Below, piece by piece: positions 36,125-45,817 of a DNA stretch of 64,000 bases (position 1 is its first letter; each line of letters starts with the position of its first letter). The translations under genes were made by a program, and so were the position numbers. The DNA comes from Alphaproteobacteria bacterium (GTDB lineage: Bacteria; Pseudomonadota; Alphaproteobacteria; JABAAW01; JAHZMA01): contig CBDBJL010000008.1 of assembly GCA_965206365.1 (NCBI GenBank), positions 268 to 64,267 on the forward strand, given 5' to 3'. The notes under the pieces were generated by a model, which searched no databases, was not told the origin of the DNA, and saw nothing but the letters and a program-made list of their open reading frames with translations.

Positions 36125-38842
36125 CTAATTCGCTTGTCTGCGTAAAAATGCCGGAATATCCAATTCTTCCCGACTTAATAACTCAGCACCCATTTCTGCC
36201 TCTGTCGCAATTTGCGCATCGCTAACATTCTCATCAAAAGGCAATGAAAAAATATCAGGTTGTGCTTCGTTACTAAATTCTTGTTTCTTTTTCTGCATGA
36301 TTCGATTTTTTTTATCATTTTGCTTTTTTTGCTTCTGATTTTCTTTTACCGGATTTTCCTCTTGAGCGCGCAAACTTATGCCTCTACTGTTGGCTGGACT
36401 ATTCATCGCTTCGTGATAGTGACTATTCTTCGAATTTAGAGGTTGTTGTTGGTTGGCAAATTCGAAATGTTCGGTTTCCCCATTATGGGCATATGAATAT
36501 TGTTGGTCTGCATTTTGTTGCCTGGCAATTTTCTCATCGGCAATTTTCTTAGCAGCAATTTTCTCAGCGGCAATTTGCACATGTTCTTGTCTTTGTTGTA
36601 CTTCTTCTGCGCGTTGTTGCACATGTTCTTGTCTTTGTTGCACTTCTGCGCGTTGTTGCGCATATTCTTGCCTTTGTTGCACTTCTGCGCGTTGTTGCGC
36701 ATATTCTTGCCTTTGTTGCACTTCTGCGCGTTGTTGCGCATATTCTTGTCTTTGTTGCACTTCTTCTGCGCATTGTTGCGCATATTGCTGCTCTCTTGAT
36801 TGCAATTCTGGCCTCGCAATCGCAGGGTTTTGCGCCATGTTCGCACGAATTTTATGCATTGCTTGAGTTGGATTTTGTGAAGCCCGCTCTATTTCTGCGT
36901 CAATTTGTGATAATTTTGCTTCCACCTCAAAAAGATTTTGTATCGCTAAATCTTCATTATTTTCTATAATTTTAGAATCATCTGGAAGCTGATTATTATG
37001 TGCAATTTGAATTTGCGCCCGCAATTGCTTAATTTTCAATTCCGCCTCAGCAATATTCATTTGCCGAACATTCCCCTTCACTGCTAAATTGTGTGCCTGT
37101 AAGTTTTGTGCCTGTAAGTTTTCGGTATGGCTTGGTGCAAAATCAGCTTGCAACCTTTCTGCTTGGGAAATTTCTGGCATTTCGCTTTTTTCAAGTGCAT
37201 ATTGCGTATTAATATCTTCTACCTGTTTCCCCGCGATTGAACGATTAATATTCGCTACAGTCTCATTGGTGAAATTGGCACAAATCGCATCGTCAATCAC
37301 CATTTCATGAATGGGTGGCAAAGGTCCAAATCTCTTCCCTTGCAACTTTGTGGCCTCATTATTGGGCGTCGTTACCACCTCATTTGCAACCGTCTCATAG
37401 TAATTCTCCACCGGCTGCATTATTGCTGGTTGTTGAACTGCTGGTTGGGGTGTTGGCGTTTGTACCGTTGTTGGTTGTTGAACTGCTGGTTGGGGTGTTG
37501 GCGTTTGTACCGTTGCTGGTTGTTGCGCTGTTGGTTGTTGAACTGCTGGTTGGGGTGTTGGCGTTTGTACCGTTGCTGGTTGTTGCACTGCTGGTTGGGG
37601 TGTTGGCGTTTGTACCGTTGCTGGTTGTTGCGCTGTTGGTTGTTGAACTGCTGGTTGGGGTGTTGGCGTTTGTACCGTTGCTGGTTGTTGCACTGAATTG
37701 ACATCAAAGTTTAATTCAGGCTCTAATTTAGGCTGCGTAGTAACTGGTTGAGACTCTTTTTTTGCTTCGATTCTGGGTTCCAATAAAGCTTCTGCCTGAA
37801 AATCGGACGCAGAATAATTTTCTTCTGAATCTGCGGGTGAAGATTCTTCTTGATGAATTGGCTCAACGCCCGTAGCAAGAATCGTAATTCTAATTTTATC
37901 TTGCATTTTCTGGCTAATAGAGGCTCCAAAAATCAATTGTGCCGAGGCTGGTGCAGCCTCTCGAATCATGGTAACGGCTTTGTCTACCTCGATTAAACCC
38001 AAATCCGAACCGCCAGAAACATTAATTAAAAAACCCCTCGCCTTGCCAATATCTACGCCATCCAAAAGCTGGTTGGATAACGCCTTTGTAGCAGCCCGTA
38101 AAGCACGCCCCTCTCCCTCCTCTTCAGCAGAACCAATCAAGGCACGCCCACGTTCATTCATGATTGTCGCAATATCAGAAAAATCTAAATTAATCACCCC
38201 AGGCAAGGTCATCAAATCTGTAATCCCTCTAATTCCTGATGCCAACACATCATCAGTCATTTTAAAGGCATCCTTAAATGTTGTCTTTTCATCCGCAATC
38301 ATTAACAAATTCTGATTGTTAATAACCACCAAAATATCAACATGTTTCCCTAATTCTTTAATTCCGCGCTGAGCTAATTTTAAGCGCATATTGCCTTCAA
38401 AGTGAAAAGGCTGCGTTACCACCGCCGCAGTTAAAACACCCATCTCACGTGCATATTTTGCAACCAAAGGCGTTGCCCCCGTGCCTGTGCCCCCCCCCAT
38501 ACCAGCGGTAAGAAATAATAGCTGGGTATCACGCAAAACCTCTTTAATATCTTCGCTAGCTTCTTGCGCAGACCGCGCGCCAATATCGGGCTTGGCACCC
38601 GTACCTTGCCCTTGAGTAATTTCAAAACCCAATTGAATTTTTTTATTCGGCAAACTTCTTGATAACGCTTGCTGGTCAGTATTGCAAACGATAAACTCCA
38701 CACCCTCCATATTCGAGCGGATCATCGAATCGACAGCATTGCCTCCGGCACCACCAACACCGATAACTTTTATTCTTGCCCGAATATTTTGGAAGCTTTG
38801 AGCCTGTTCATTTTTATCAACCAATGAAATATTAAGCACCAT
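36125..38842 (-). CDS. ftsZ: Cell division GTPase FtsZ with a very long (~560 aa) repeat-containing C-terminal linker
   Basis: Tubulin signature GMGGGTGTGATP in an N-terminal GTPase core of about 320 aa. Conserved C-terminal peptide DIPAFLRRQAN at the very end. Everything in between is low-complexity. Confidence 0.9.
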   Translation of the reverse strand: MVLNISLVDKNEQAQSFQNIRARIKVIGVGGAGGNAVDSMIRSNMEGVEFIVCNTDQQALSRSLPNKKIQLGFEITQGQGTGAKPDIGARSAQEASEDIKEVLRDTQLLFLTAGMGGGTGTGATPLVAKYAREMGVLTAAVVTQPFHFEGNMRLKLAQRGIKELGKHVDILVVINNQNLLMIADEKTTFKDAFKMTDDVLASGIRGITDLMTLPGVINLDFSDIATIMNERGRALIGSAEEEGEGRALRAATKALSNQLLDGVDIGKARGFLINVSGGSDLGLIEVDKAVTMIREAAPASAQLIFGASISQKMQDKIRITILATGVEPIHQEESSPADSEENYSASDFQAEALLEPRIEAKKESQPVTTQPKLEPELNFDVNSVQQPATVQTPTPQPAVQQPTAQQPATVQTPTPQPAVQQPATVQTPTPQPAVQQPTAQQPATVQTPTPQPAVQQPTTVQTPTPQPAVQQPAIMQPVENYYETVANEVVTTPNNEATKLQGKRFGPLPPIHEMVIDDAICANFTNETVANINRSIAGKQVEDINTQYALEKSEMPEISQAERLQADFAPSHTENLQAQNLQAHNLAVKGNVRQMNIAEAELKIKQLRAQIQIAHNNQLPDDSKIIENNEDLAIQNLFEVEAKLSQIDAEIERASQNPTQAMHKIRANMAQNPAIARPELQSREQQYAQQCAEEVQQRQEYAQQRAEVQQRQEYAQQRAEVQQRQEYAQQRAEVQQRQEHVQQRAEEVQQRQEHVQIAAEKIAAKKIADEKIARQQNADQQYSYAHNGETEHFEFANQQQPLNSKNSHYHEAMNSPANSRGISLRAQEENPVKENQKQKKQNDKKNRIMQKKKQEFSNEAQPDIFSLPFDENVSDAQIATEAEMGAELLSREELDIPAFLRRQAN
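36575..36790 (-). repeat. 39/42-nt tandem repeat in the ftsZ linker (encodes EVQQRQEYAQQRA units)
   Basis: Translation reads AEEVQQRQEYAQQRAEVQQRQEYAQQRAEVQQRQEYAQQRAEVQQRQEHVQQRAEEVQQRQEHV. The plus-strand unit is CACTTCTGCGCGTTGTTGCGCATATTCTTGCCTTTGTTG. Confidence 0.85.
37426..37695 (-). repeat. 45-nt (plus 15-nt insert) tandem repeat in the ftsZ linker (encodes QQPATVQTPTPQPAV[QQPTA])
   Basis: Five 45-nt units start at 37426, 37471, 37531, 37576 and 37636. 15-nt units lie at 37516, 37621 and 37681. The units are almost identical at the nucleotide level. Confidence 0.9.
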
Positions 38843-39115
38843 GCGTTTTGCAATCCCTCGAATGAAAATCTTTTCTAAAAATCCTAAGTTTCCTTAGGAT
38901 TTATCCCGAATTCCTCCGCTGAATCCCCAAACGATGATCACAGATAACTTTCGTAAAATGCGACCCCATTGACTATATTTTCGTTATTTACAGGCATTAT
39001 ATACGCCCTTAAGAAATCGCAAAAATCTTATAATCTTGATAAGATAACCTATCCCTGATTTTTGGTAACCACCCGCAACCCCTTATGGATCTAAAATGGC
39101 CACTCGCCTTGCAAC

Positions 39116-40462
39116 TTAACTTGCTAAACGTCTTTTTTGATTCCTGCTAGGTGATTCTTTGCTTAATTTCTTTAATTTGTCAAGCCATGAATTTGATTTT
39201 CTTTCCTTTTTTTGCATATGCGCATAATCTGGAACCTGAGTATAGGCTAATTTCAGCAATCCAAGTGCTGTAGTATAAGCCCGACTATTCCCAGAAAATG
39301 TTAAGCCCAAAGCGTGCGGAGCGGTTTGCATCAAAATCCGCCTTGATAAATATTCACGAGCAATCGGCAATAATCCCGGCAACTGCCCCCCACCCCCAGA
39401 AAGCACCACCACAGCATCTTTTGGCATTTTTGTAAAAGTTTTCGCAACATAATCAAAAATTTCTTCCACGCGTGGGGTAATAATACGGGGTAACAACATA
39501 GTAATATCTGCTCCTTTTTGGGCAACAGAACTTTGTATGCCAAATTGACTACGTTTTATCTGATTTTGTATTTCTTCTCGCCCACATCCGTTATTTTTAT
39601 CGGTCATTTTGCCCACAACAAAACCTTTTTCGCATTTTAGGCTTTCCGCCTCAAGCCGACTCACCCCAAAAGCTTCCATAATATCACGCGTAATATAATC
39701 GCTACCAATATTCAACCACCGCAATTCTTGTAACAATCCGCCCTGAAACCAACCTATGGTAACCATATGCGTACCCATATTCAAAATAATCGTTTCATGA
39801 TCTAATAACATGTTTTCTTGGATTACAAAGAAGTCTGCATACGAGCTTGCCACAATTTTTATAACCTCAACACCCACCAAATCAAGCAATTTTATCAGTT
39901 GCTGGTGAACATTTTCTTTCATGGCAATCATGCTTAATGTTGCATCTAATTTTGCCGAACACGCCCCAACCGGATCCGCGTGAGGCAGATCATCTAGGGC
40001 AAAAGATTTTACCAAAACATGCAAAATTACTCTTTTGCACCCCCCGACAACCATCTCATCTAGCCCTTCTTTTGCGCTAATAAAATCATCCGAGGCATTT
40101 TGCAACCAATCCTGCAATTGGGCTTGAGTTAATGCAAGAGTGCCTAATTTTTTCGTGAGATTAAATTCTTCACGATGCAAATGGGTTGCCGAGAAACTTA
40201 ACAGAACTTGACTAACAGTAATTCCTGCATCTTTTTGTGCGATGGCAATCGCCGCGCTAACAGATTTTTCAGCAAGCTTAAAATCAAAAATAGATTCTCC
40301 CAAAATACCACAAGATTCCACCCGTCCCAATCCACATAATTCTATTTGCTTACTAGCATTTTTTTTCGCAATCAAACAGGTAACATAGCCTGAGCCAATA
40401 TCCAACACAGCAACATGTTCATCATCCTTTTTCAGGGTTTGATGGAAAGTTGTGGTGATCAT
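39116..40462 (-). CDS. ftsA: Cell division protein FtsA
   Basis: Actin-like ATPase pattern (VLDIGSGYVTCLIA, NMGTHMVTI, VLSGGGGQLPGL). It lies between ftsQ and ftsZ. Confidence 0.85.
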   Translation of the reverse strand: MITTTFHQTLKKDDEHVAVLDIGSGYVTCLIAKKNASKQIELCGLGRVESCGILGESIFDFKLAEKSVSAAIAIAQKDAGITVSQVLLSFSATHLHREEFNLTKKLGTLALTQAQLQDWLQNASDDFISAKEGLDEMVVGGCKRVILHVLVKSFALDDLPHADPVGACSAKLDATLSMIAMKENVHQQLIKLLDLVGVEVIKIVASSYADFFVIQENMLLDHETIILNMGTHMVTIGWFQGGLLQELRWLNIGSDYITRDIMEAFGVSRLEAESLKCEKGFVVGKMTDKNNGCGREEIQNQIKRSQFGIQSSVAQKGADITMLLPRIITPRVEEIFDYVAKTFTKMPKDAVVVLSGGGGQLPGLLPIAREYLSRRILMQTAPHALGLTFSGNSRAYTTALGLLKLAYTQVPDYAHMQKKERKSNSWLDKLKKLSKESPSRNQKRRLAS

Positions 40463-41250
40463 GAATGTTTGTTATTTTCTAAAACTGGTGTTAATTGATA
40501 AGGATTATTGCTAATTGCGGCACGATCAGGGGTTCGTAGATCAATTACGGAAGATTGCATCGATAAAATCTGGAACTGCGTGTCTAGCCATTCCAGCCGA
40601 ACAAAAGCTTCGTCGATATTCGTTCCTGGCAAATGCACCACAATGCCATTTTCCAAATAAATACTCCACCGAAACGCCCGTGAAATTTTCGCACCAATAA
40701 ATTTATTTTGTAGTGCCGGATATGATCCCAACACTGCTGCTAATAAATAAAACGATTCAGGTGCATCTGTGCCTGAAATCACCGGTAAATCAGAATAAAT
40801 TTTCAAATCATCCACACTGCCAATGATACTGCCATCATGGGCAATTAAATGCATTTCTCCTTGATTTTGCCAGATCGCCTCAGGGCGATGCTCAGTCAAA
40901 TAAATATGCACACTTCCGGGCAACACCCGAACAATGTGGCTGTGGCGCACCCAAGGAAGGGAATCGATTCGAAACTTCACTTCGCGCAGATTAACCGCAA
41001 ATACCGAAAAGCCTTGCTCAAGCCCGGAAGCTTTTAATAATTGCTCACGCGGAGTTGCACTAATATTAAAAATTTGCACTTCCTGAAGAGAAAACCCACC
41101 ATAGCGTGTAACCTTATAAAAACCATCTCCCCAAATCAGCCACCCTAAAAAAACTACACCACTCAACCAAAATATCGCGCGAAGATAATAGGGGATCGTT
41201 TTCGCATAATTCGCCCCTAACCGTTCCTGATTTGCATACGCATCACTCAC
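40459..41250 (-). CDS. ftsQ: Cell division protein FtsQ
   Basis: One N-terminal TM helix followed by a POTRA-like region (VQIFNISATPREQLLKASGL...NLREVKFRIDSLPWVRH). The position is conserved. Confidence 0.8.
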   Translation of the reverse strand: MSDAYANQERLGANYAKTIPYYLRAIFWLSGVVFLGWLIWGDGFYKVTRYGGFSLQEVQIFNISATPREQLLKASGLEQGFSVFAVNLREVKFRIDSLPWVRHSHIVRVLPGSVHIYLTEHRPEAIWQNQGEMHLIAHDGSIIGSVDDLKIYSDLPVISGTDAPESFYLLAAVLGSYPALQNKFIGAKISRAFRWSIYLENGIVVHLPGTNIDEAFVRLEWLDTQFQILSMQSSVIDLRTPDRAAISNNPYQLTPVLENNKHS

Positions 41251-42254
41251 AAGCCCTCTCCTAACTTTTGTTTTTTTAACTTTCGGGGAGATTCCTGTAA
41301 GGCTTGAAGCACAATTTCATCACATAAATCAACAAATGAGAGCTGATTTAATCTTGCCTGTTCTGGCACTAATGATAATTCAGTCATGCCGGGATGCGTG
41401 TTAATTTCTAAGAAATAGAGTGTATCTTCTTCAGGGGAATAGCGAAAATCAGAACGGCTTAATTGCTTGCAACCCAACACCTCGTGCGCCAGTTCAGCCT
41501 GTTGTTTACATTTTTCACTTAAAGTTTTAGATATTTCTGCCGGGCAAATATGAGTGGTAATCCCATCATGATATTTGGCATCATAATCATAAAACCCACG
41601 ATTGGGAATTAATTCGGTAACGCCCAACGCACCACGCCCTTGCAATACAGCTACAGTAAGTTCCCTTCCCGGAACATAACGTTCAATCATATGCGGAGTT
41701 CTCATTTTCCATTCCCTTCGCTCATGCGATTCACGATTCATAATTATATGAACGCCCCGACTTGAACCATCACTTACCGGTTTCAGTACGTAAGGAGGCG
41801 CAAGAGGAAATTCTTGCGGTGAATCTGCATTTTTATTTATTAAATGACTTTTTAATAAATAACTTTTAGCAAATGTTATGCCAAAAGGGGTGAGAATTTT
41901 CTTCGTGAGCAATTTATCCATTGCCATTGCCCCGGCCGCAATGCCCGAATGGGTATAGGGAATTTGCATCAAGCTCAGCAAACCCGCAATCGAACCATCC
42001 TCGCCATAATTGCCATGCAAAGCATTAAAAACCAAATCTGGTGGCGTTAGCCGTAGCGCATCTACCAAATTTTTAACATCGCCATAAGCATCGTAAAATA
42101 TCGCATTCCAGCCTTTTTTTTTCAGAGCATCAGCACAATTTTTACCTGAATTTAATGAAACTTCACGCTCTGACGACCAGCCCCCAGAAAGTACCAAAAT
42201 AGTAGTAGAGTGACGCTGTGCAAGTGAGATTTCAACCATGCCAATATCCAACAC
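41247..42254 (-). CDS. ddl: D-alanine--D-alanine ligase
   Basis: VLSGGWSSEREVSLNSG, HGNYGEDGSIAGLL and EINTHPGMT. An alternative start is at 42239. Confidence 0.9.
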   Translation of the reverse strand: MLDIGMVEISLAQRHSTTILVLSGGWSSEREVSLNSGKNCADALKKKGWNAIFYDAYGDVKNLVDALRLTPPDLVFNALHGNYGEDGSIAGLLSLMQIPYTHSGIAAGAMAMDKLLTKKILTPFGITFAKSYLLKSHLINKNADSPQEFPLAPPYVLKPVSDGSSRGVHIIMNRESHERREWKMRTPHMIERYVPGRELTVAVLQGRGALGVTELIPNRGFYDYDAKYHDGITTHICPAEISKTLSEKCKQQAELAHEVLGCKQLSRSDFRYSPEEDTLYFLEINTHPGMTELSLVPEQARLNQLSFVDLCDEIVLQALQESPRKLKKQKLGEGL

Positions 42255-43146
42255 GCCGAATTTCCCATTCCAACAAAATGCCAGAATTCATTTGAACCTG
42301 AGCGCGCACCGCTTCACCCAAATTTTCTAAATCAGCCCCGCTAGCCTTATTTTTATTAATCATAAAATTGCAATGCTTATCCGACATCATCGCATCACCC
42401 ACGCAATAACCGCGCATACCTGCTTGCTCAATTAATTCCCAGGCTTTCCCATCCTTAGGATTCTTAAAAGTAGAGCCCCCTGTACGGCTACCGATCGGTT
42501 GCGTTTGCGCTCGTCGGGTTTGAATTGCCAAAATCGCCTCTGCAATTTTTGCCTGATCTCCGGCCTGAGTTGCAAAGCGTGCCTGCAGGATAATCGCACC
42601 TTCAGGCAATAGAGATTTACGATACGCAAATGCCAATTCTGCGCTTGGAAACCATTGCCGCGAACCATCAACATTCATAATTTCTACCGCTTGCAAACAT
42701 GCCGCCGTATCGGATTCATATGCGCCAGCATTCATCGCCACCGCGCCGCCTACTGTTCCAGGAATCCCAGCGTAAAATTCTAAACCTGTCCGACTGCAAG
42801 TTTGTGTAAATCGTGCCAAATGTGCATCCATAACCGCCGCCCCCGCAGTGATGATGCCGGTTTCGGCATCATAATCTAACCCCGAAAACCCTTTGCCAAG
42901 CTTCAACACAATGCCAGCAATGCCACCATCGCGCACCAATAAATTAGAACCAACACCAATGGGGAAATAAGGCATATTTTTGGGTTTTTGTTGCAAAAAA
43001 TTACTTAAATCCTGGGCATCTTGCGCAGTAAAAAATAATTCTGCCACCCCGCCAGTGCGAAACCAAACATGGCGCGCCATCGTTTCAGAACAACTAAGTT
43101 TTCCTTTCAGCTCTGAGAAAATACTTTGCTTAGGTTGCATGATCAT
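42232..43146 (-). CDS. murB: UDP-N-acetylenolpyruvoylglucosamine reductase
   Basis: FRTGGVAELF, GVGSNLLVRD, GIPGTVGGAVAMNAGAY and GSTFKNP. Confidence 0.9.
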   Translation of the reverse strand: MIMQPKQSIFSELKGKLSCSETMARHVWFRTGGVAELFFTAQDAQDLSNFLQQKPKNMPYFPIGVGSNLLVRDGGIAGIVLKLGKGFSGLDYDAETGIITAGAAVMDAHLARFTQTCSRTGLEFYAGIPGTVGGAVAMNAGAYESDTAACLQAVEIMNVDGSRQWFPSAELAFAYRKSLLPEGAIILQARFATQAGDQAKIAEAILAIQTRRAQTQPIGSRTGGSTFKNPKDGKAWELIEQAGMRGYCVGDAMMSDKHCNFMINKNKASGADLENLGEAVRAQVQMNSGILLEWEIRRVGYWHG

Positions 43147-43160
43147 TTAGCAATCATCGA

Positions 43161-44579
43161 TTATAAAAGTTTTTGCAATTGGGCGGGCACAGTATGCGCC
43201 CAGATTGTACTAGAGCCCGCACCTAGAAAAATAATCATGTCGGTCTTCACACTATGATTCTCTTGCACGAGCCTACTTAAAACCGTTGCCAAATCTTCAC
43301 CGCCTGTAACCCCAATCACATGTTTATGCCCAGAATCACTAATCGCTTGCACCAAAGAATCACGATCAACCCCCTCAATAGGAACCTCACCCGCTGGATA
43401 AACATCACTAATCAACACAATATCAGCATCATGAAACGCAGTTTGAAATTCATTAAACAAACTTTGCAAACGCGAGTAACGATGCGGTTGGGCAACCACA
43501 ATTAATTGCCCATGGCAAATACCACGACACGCCTTCAACACAGCGCGAATTTCAACAGGATGATGCGCATAATCATCAATAATCTTAATCCCTGCCACTG
43601 TTCCCGTATGGCTAAAACGCCGTTTGACACCCTCAAAATTACTTAAACCATCACGAATGGTTTGTAGCTCAAAATTAAATTCCAGCCCGATTGTAACCGC
43701 TGCCAATGCATTTTGCACATTATGTTCACCATACATGGGGAGAAATAATTTTTCCAAAACCACCCCATCATATTGGGAAAAATTAACCTCAACATCAAAA
43801 TATGTACCCTCACGACCAGATTGCAAATTGAAAGCCCGCACCATAGATTGCGTATTAAAGCCATAAGTTAATACGCGCCGATCTGTTAACTGTGACATTA
43901 ACCGTAAAACTTCGGGATGATCTGCACACAAAACCGCAAACCCATAAAAGGGAATATTTTGAACAAAGCGTAGAAATGTCGCTTTTAAATTTTCAAAATC
44001 ACCATAATGTTCCATATGTTCCGGATCAATATTCGTAATCACGGCAATGCTTGCCGGCAATTTCACAAAACTACCATCGCTTTCATCCGCCTCAGCAATC
44101 AACCATTCGCTTCTACCTGTGCGGGTATTGCTACCATAGCTATTAATAACCCCACCATTCACCACCGTAGGATCATAATTTGCAGTTTCAAATAATGCCG
44201 CAACCAAAGATGTTGTCGTGGTTTTTCCATGCGTACCACCAATGGCAATCGATTTTTTTAGGCGCATCAATTCTGCTAACATTTCCGCACGCTGAATTAC
44301 CGGAATATGCGCCACACGTGCCGCTTGAATTTCAGGATTATCTGCCGGTACGGCTGAAGAAATTACCAACACCCCAATATCTTTAACATGCTTGGCATCA
44401 TGCCCAATCATAATCGGAATTTCTTTTTTTCGCAATCGTTCCACATTCGCATTATCGGTAAGATCCGAACCTTGCACCCTACAACCTAGATTATGTAACA
44501 ACTCAGCAATTCCCGACATTCCAATGCCACCAATGCCTGTAAAATGGACAATTAAATGATTATTCGGGAAATTAAGCAT
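43161..44579 (-). CDS. murC: UDP-N-acetylmuramate--L-alanine ligase
   Basis: HFTGIGGIGMSGIAELL and GGTHGKTTTTSL. Confidence 0.9.
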   Translation of the reverse strand: MLNFPNNHLIVHFTGIGGIGMSGIAELLHNLGCRVQGSDLTDNANVERLRKKEIPIMIGHDAKHVKDIGVLVISSAVPADNPEIQAARVAHIPVIQRAEMLAELMRLKKSIAIGGTHGKTTTTSLVAALFETANYDPTVVNGGVINSYGSNTRTGRSEWLIAEADESDGSFVKLPASIAVITNIDPEHMEHYGDFENLKATFLRFVQNIPFYGFAVLCADHPEVLRLMSQLTDRRVLTYGFNTQSMVRAFNLQSGREGTYFDVEVNFSQYDGVVLEKLFLPMYGEHNVQNALAAVTIGLEFNFELQTIRDGLSNFEGVKRRFSHTGTVAGIKIIDDYAHHPVEIRAVLKACRGICHGQLIVVAQPHRYSRLQSLFNEFQTAFHDADIVLISDVYPAGEVPIEGVDRDSLVQAISDSGHKHVIGVTGGEDLATVLSRLVQENHSVKTDMIIFLGAGSSTIWAHTVPAQLQKLL

Positions 44580-44583
44580 GGGG

Positions 44584-45771
44584 TTATGCCTCCTTTGCTA
44601 ATTTTTCTTGTAGTGAATCCAAAATTAACATTACCATATTTTCTGCAGCTTGCGGATTCCCAAACCTGCCCGCACAAGCGGCTGCCATTTCAAGACGATA
44701 AGGATTCGAAAGCAGATTCATAATCAGATCTGAAAGGGTTGCAATATTTAAGTGGCTTTGCGGAATCGTCCAACCCCCACCCGCCTCAGTAATACGCGTG
44801 GCATTGATCATTTGATGATCATCAGTGGCAAAAGGATAAGGCACAAAAATCGCCGGACGCCCAATTGTTGTAATTTCTGCCAATGTTGCCGCACCTGAAC
44901 GACAAATAATTAACTGAGCTTGAACCATTTCCGTACTAATATCAGTAAAAAAACTCGCAATATCCGCTGTAATATTCTGTTTTTGATAAAATTCTTTTAC
45001 GGTTTCTAATTGCTCAAAACGCACTTGCTGCACAATATGTAAGCGTTTTTTAATATCATCTGGTAGGTTGGCAAGTATCGTCGGAATTTTATCACCAAAA
45101 ACCCGCGCCCCTTGCGAGCCACCCACAATGAAAATTCTTATTTTCCCGGTTTTCCCGGGCTTGATATAGGGTTCTTGCGCTTTCACCATAATTTCTGAGC
45201 GCACAGGATTCCCACTCCACATAATCTTGCCTTTCGACGTTTCCGGAATCCCATCTGTAACTTCAAAAGCAGTGGCGATATAATTCATACCGGGGGCTAA
45301 CAGCCGATTGGTCCGTCCTAATCTGGCATTTTGTTCATGAATCATGGTTGGAAAATCCAACAAATTCGCTGCAAACATCGTTGGCAACGAGGAATACCCC
45401 CCAAAACCAACAACAATATCGGGCCGCAAACGATGCAACAACCGCCATGCCTGCAACAAGCCAGCCAAAAGCTTTACCCCGGCACCCAAAATTTGCCAAG
45501 GTTTGCGCCCAATAATGCCAGCAGCATAAATCTGGAAAATCGGCAAAGATTGAAAAATTGTTACCATACGCTCATTACCTCTTTTATCCGTAATCATGCA
45601 TATTTTGAATTTCTGCGGATGATTCTGCAAAGCTCGAATCAATGCTTCGGCAGGAAAAACATGCCCTGCCGTTCCCCCTGTTGCCAAAACCACATGAGGG
45701 ACATATTCGGCTTTGCGAGGTTGATTGCCATTTTTCCTTAAATTTTCTTTTGATTCAACAATATTCATCAC
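44584..45771 (-). CDS. murG: Undecaprenyldiphospho-muramoylpentapeptide beta-N-acetylglucosaminyltransferase
   Basis: LATGGTAGHVFPA, GGSQGA and RSGAATLAE. Confidence 0.9.
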   Translation of the reverse strand: MMNIVESKENLRKNGNQPRKAEYVPHVVLATGGTAGHVFPAEALIRALQNHPQKFKICMITDKRGNERMVTIFQSLPIFQIYAAGIIGRKPWQILGAGVKLLAGLLQAWRLLHRLRPDIVVGFGGYSSLPTMFAANLLDFPTMIHEQNARLGRTNRLLAPGMNYIATAFEVTDGIPETSKGKIMWSGNPVRSEIMVKAQEPYIKPGKTGKIRIFIVGGSQGARVFGDKIPTILANLPDDIKKRLHIVQQVRFEQLETVKEFYQKQNITADIASFFTDISTEMVQAQLIICRSGAATLAEITTIGRPAIFVPYPFATDDHQMINATRITEAGGGWTIPQSHLNIATLSDLIMNLLSNPYRLEMAAACAGRFGNPQAAENMVMLILDSLQEKLAKEA

Positions 45772-45817
45772 GATCTTTACGTATTTTCTAAAAAGTTAAT
45801 TCCATTCACAGTGCCAG

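Noticed and set aside
37307-37707. Long ORFs in several frames and on both strands over the ftsZ repeat region (37307-37696 +, 37315-37701 +, 37420-37707 -, 36436-36866 both strands)
   Set aside because: These are artefacts of low-complexity tandem repeats, which lack stop codons in several frames. The minus-strand ftsZ frame is the only one continuous with the conserved domains.
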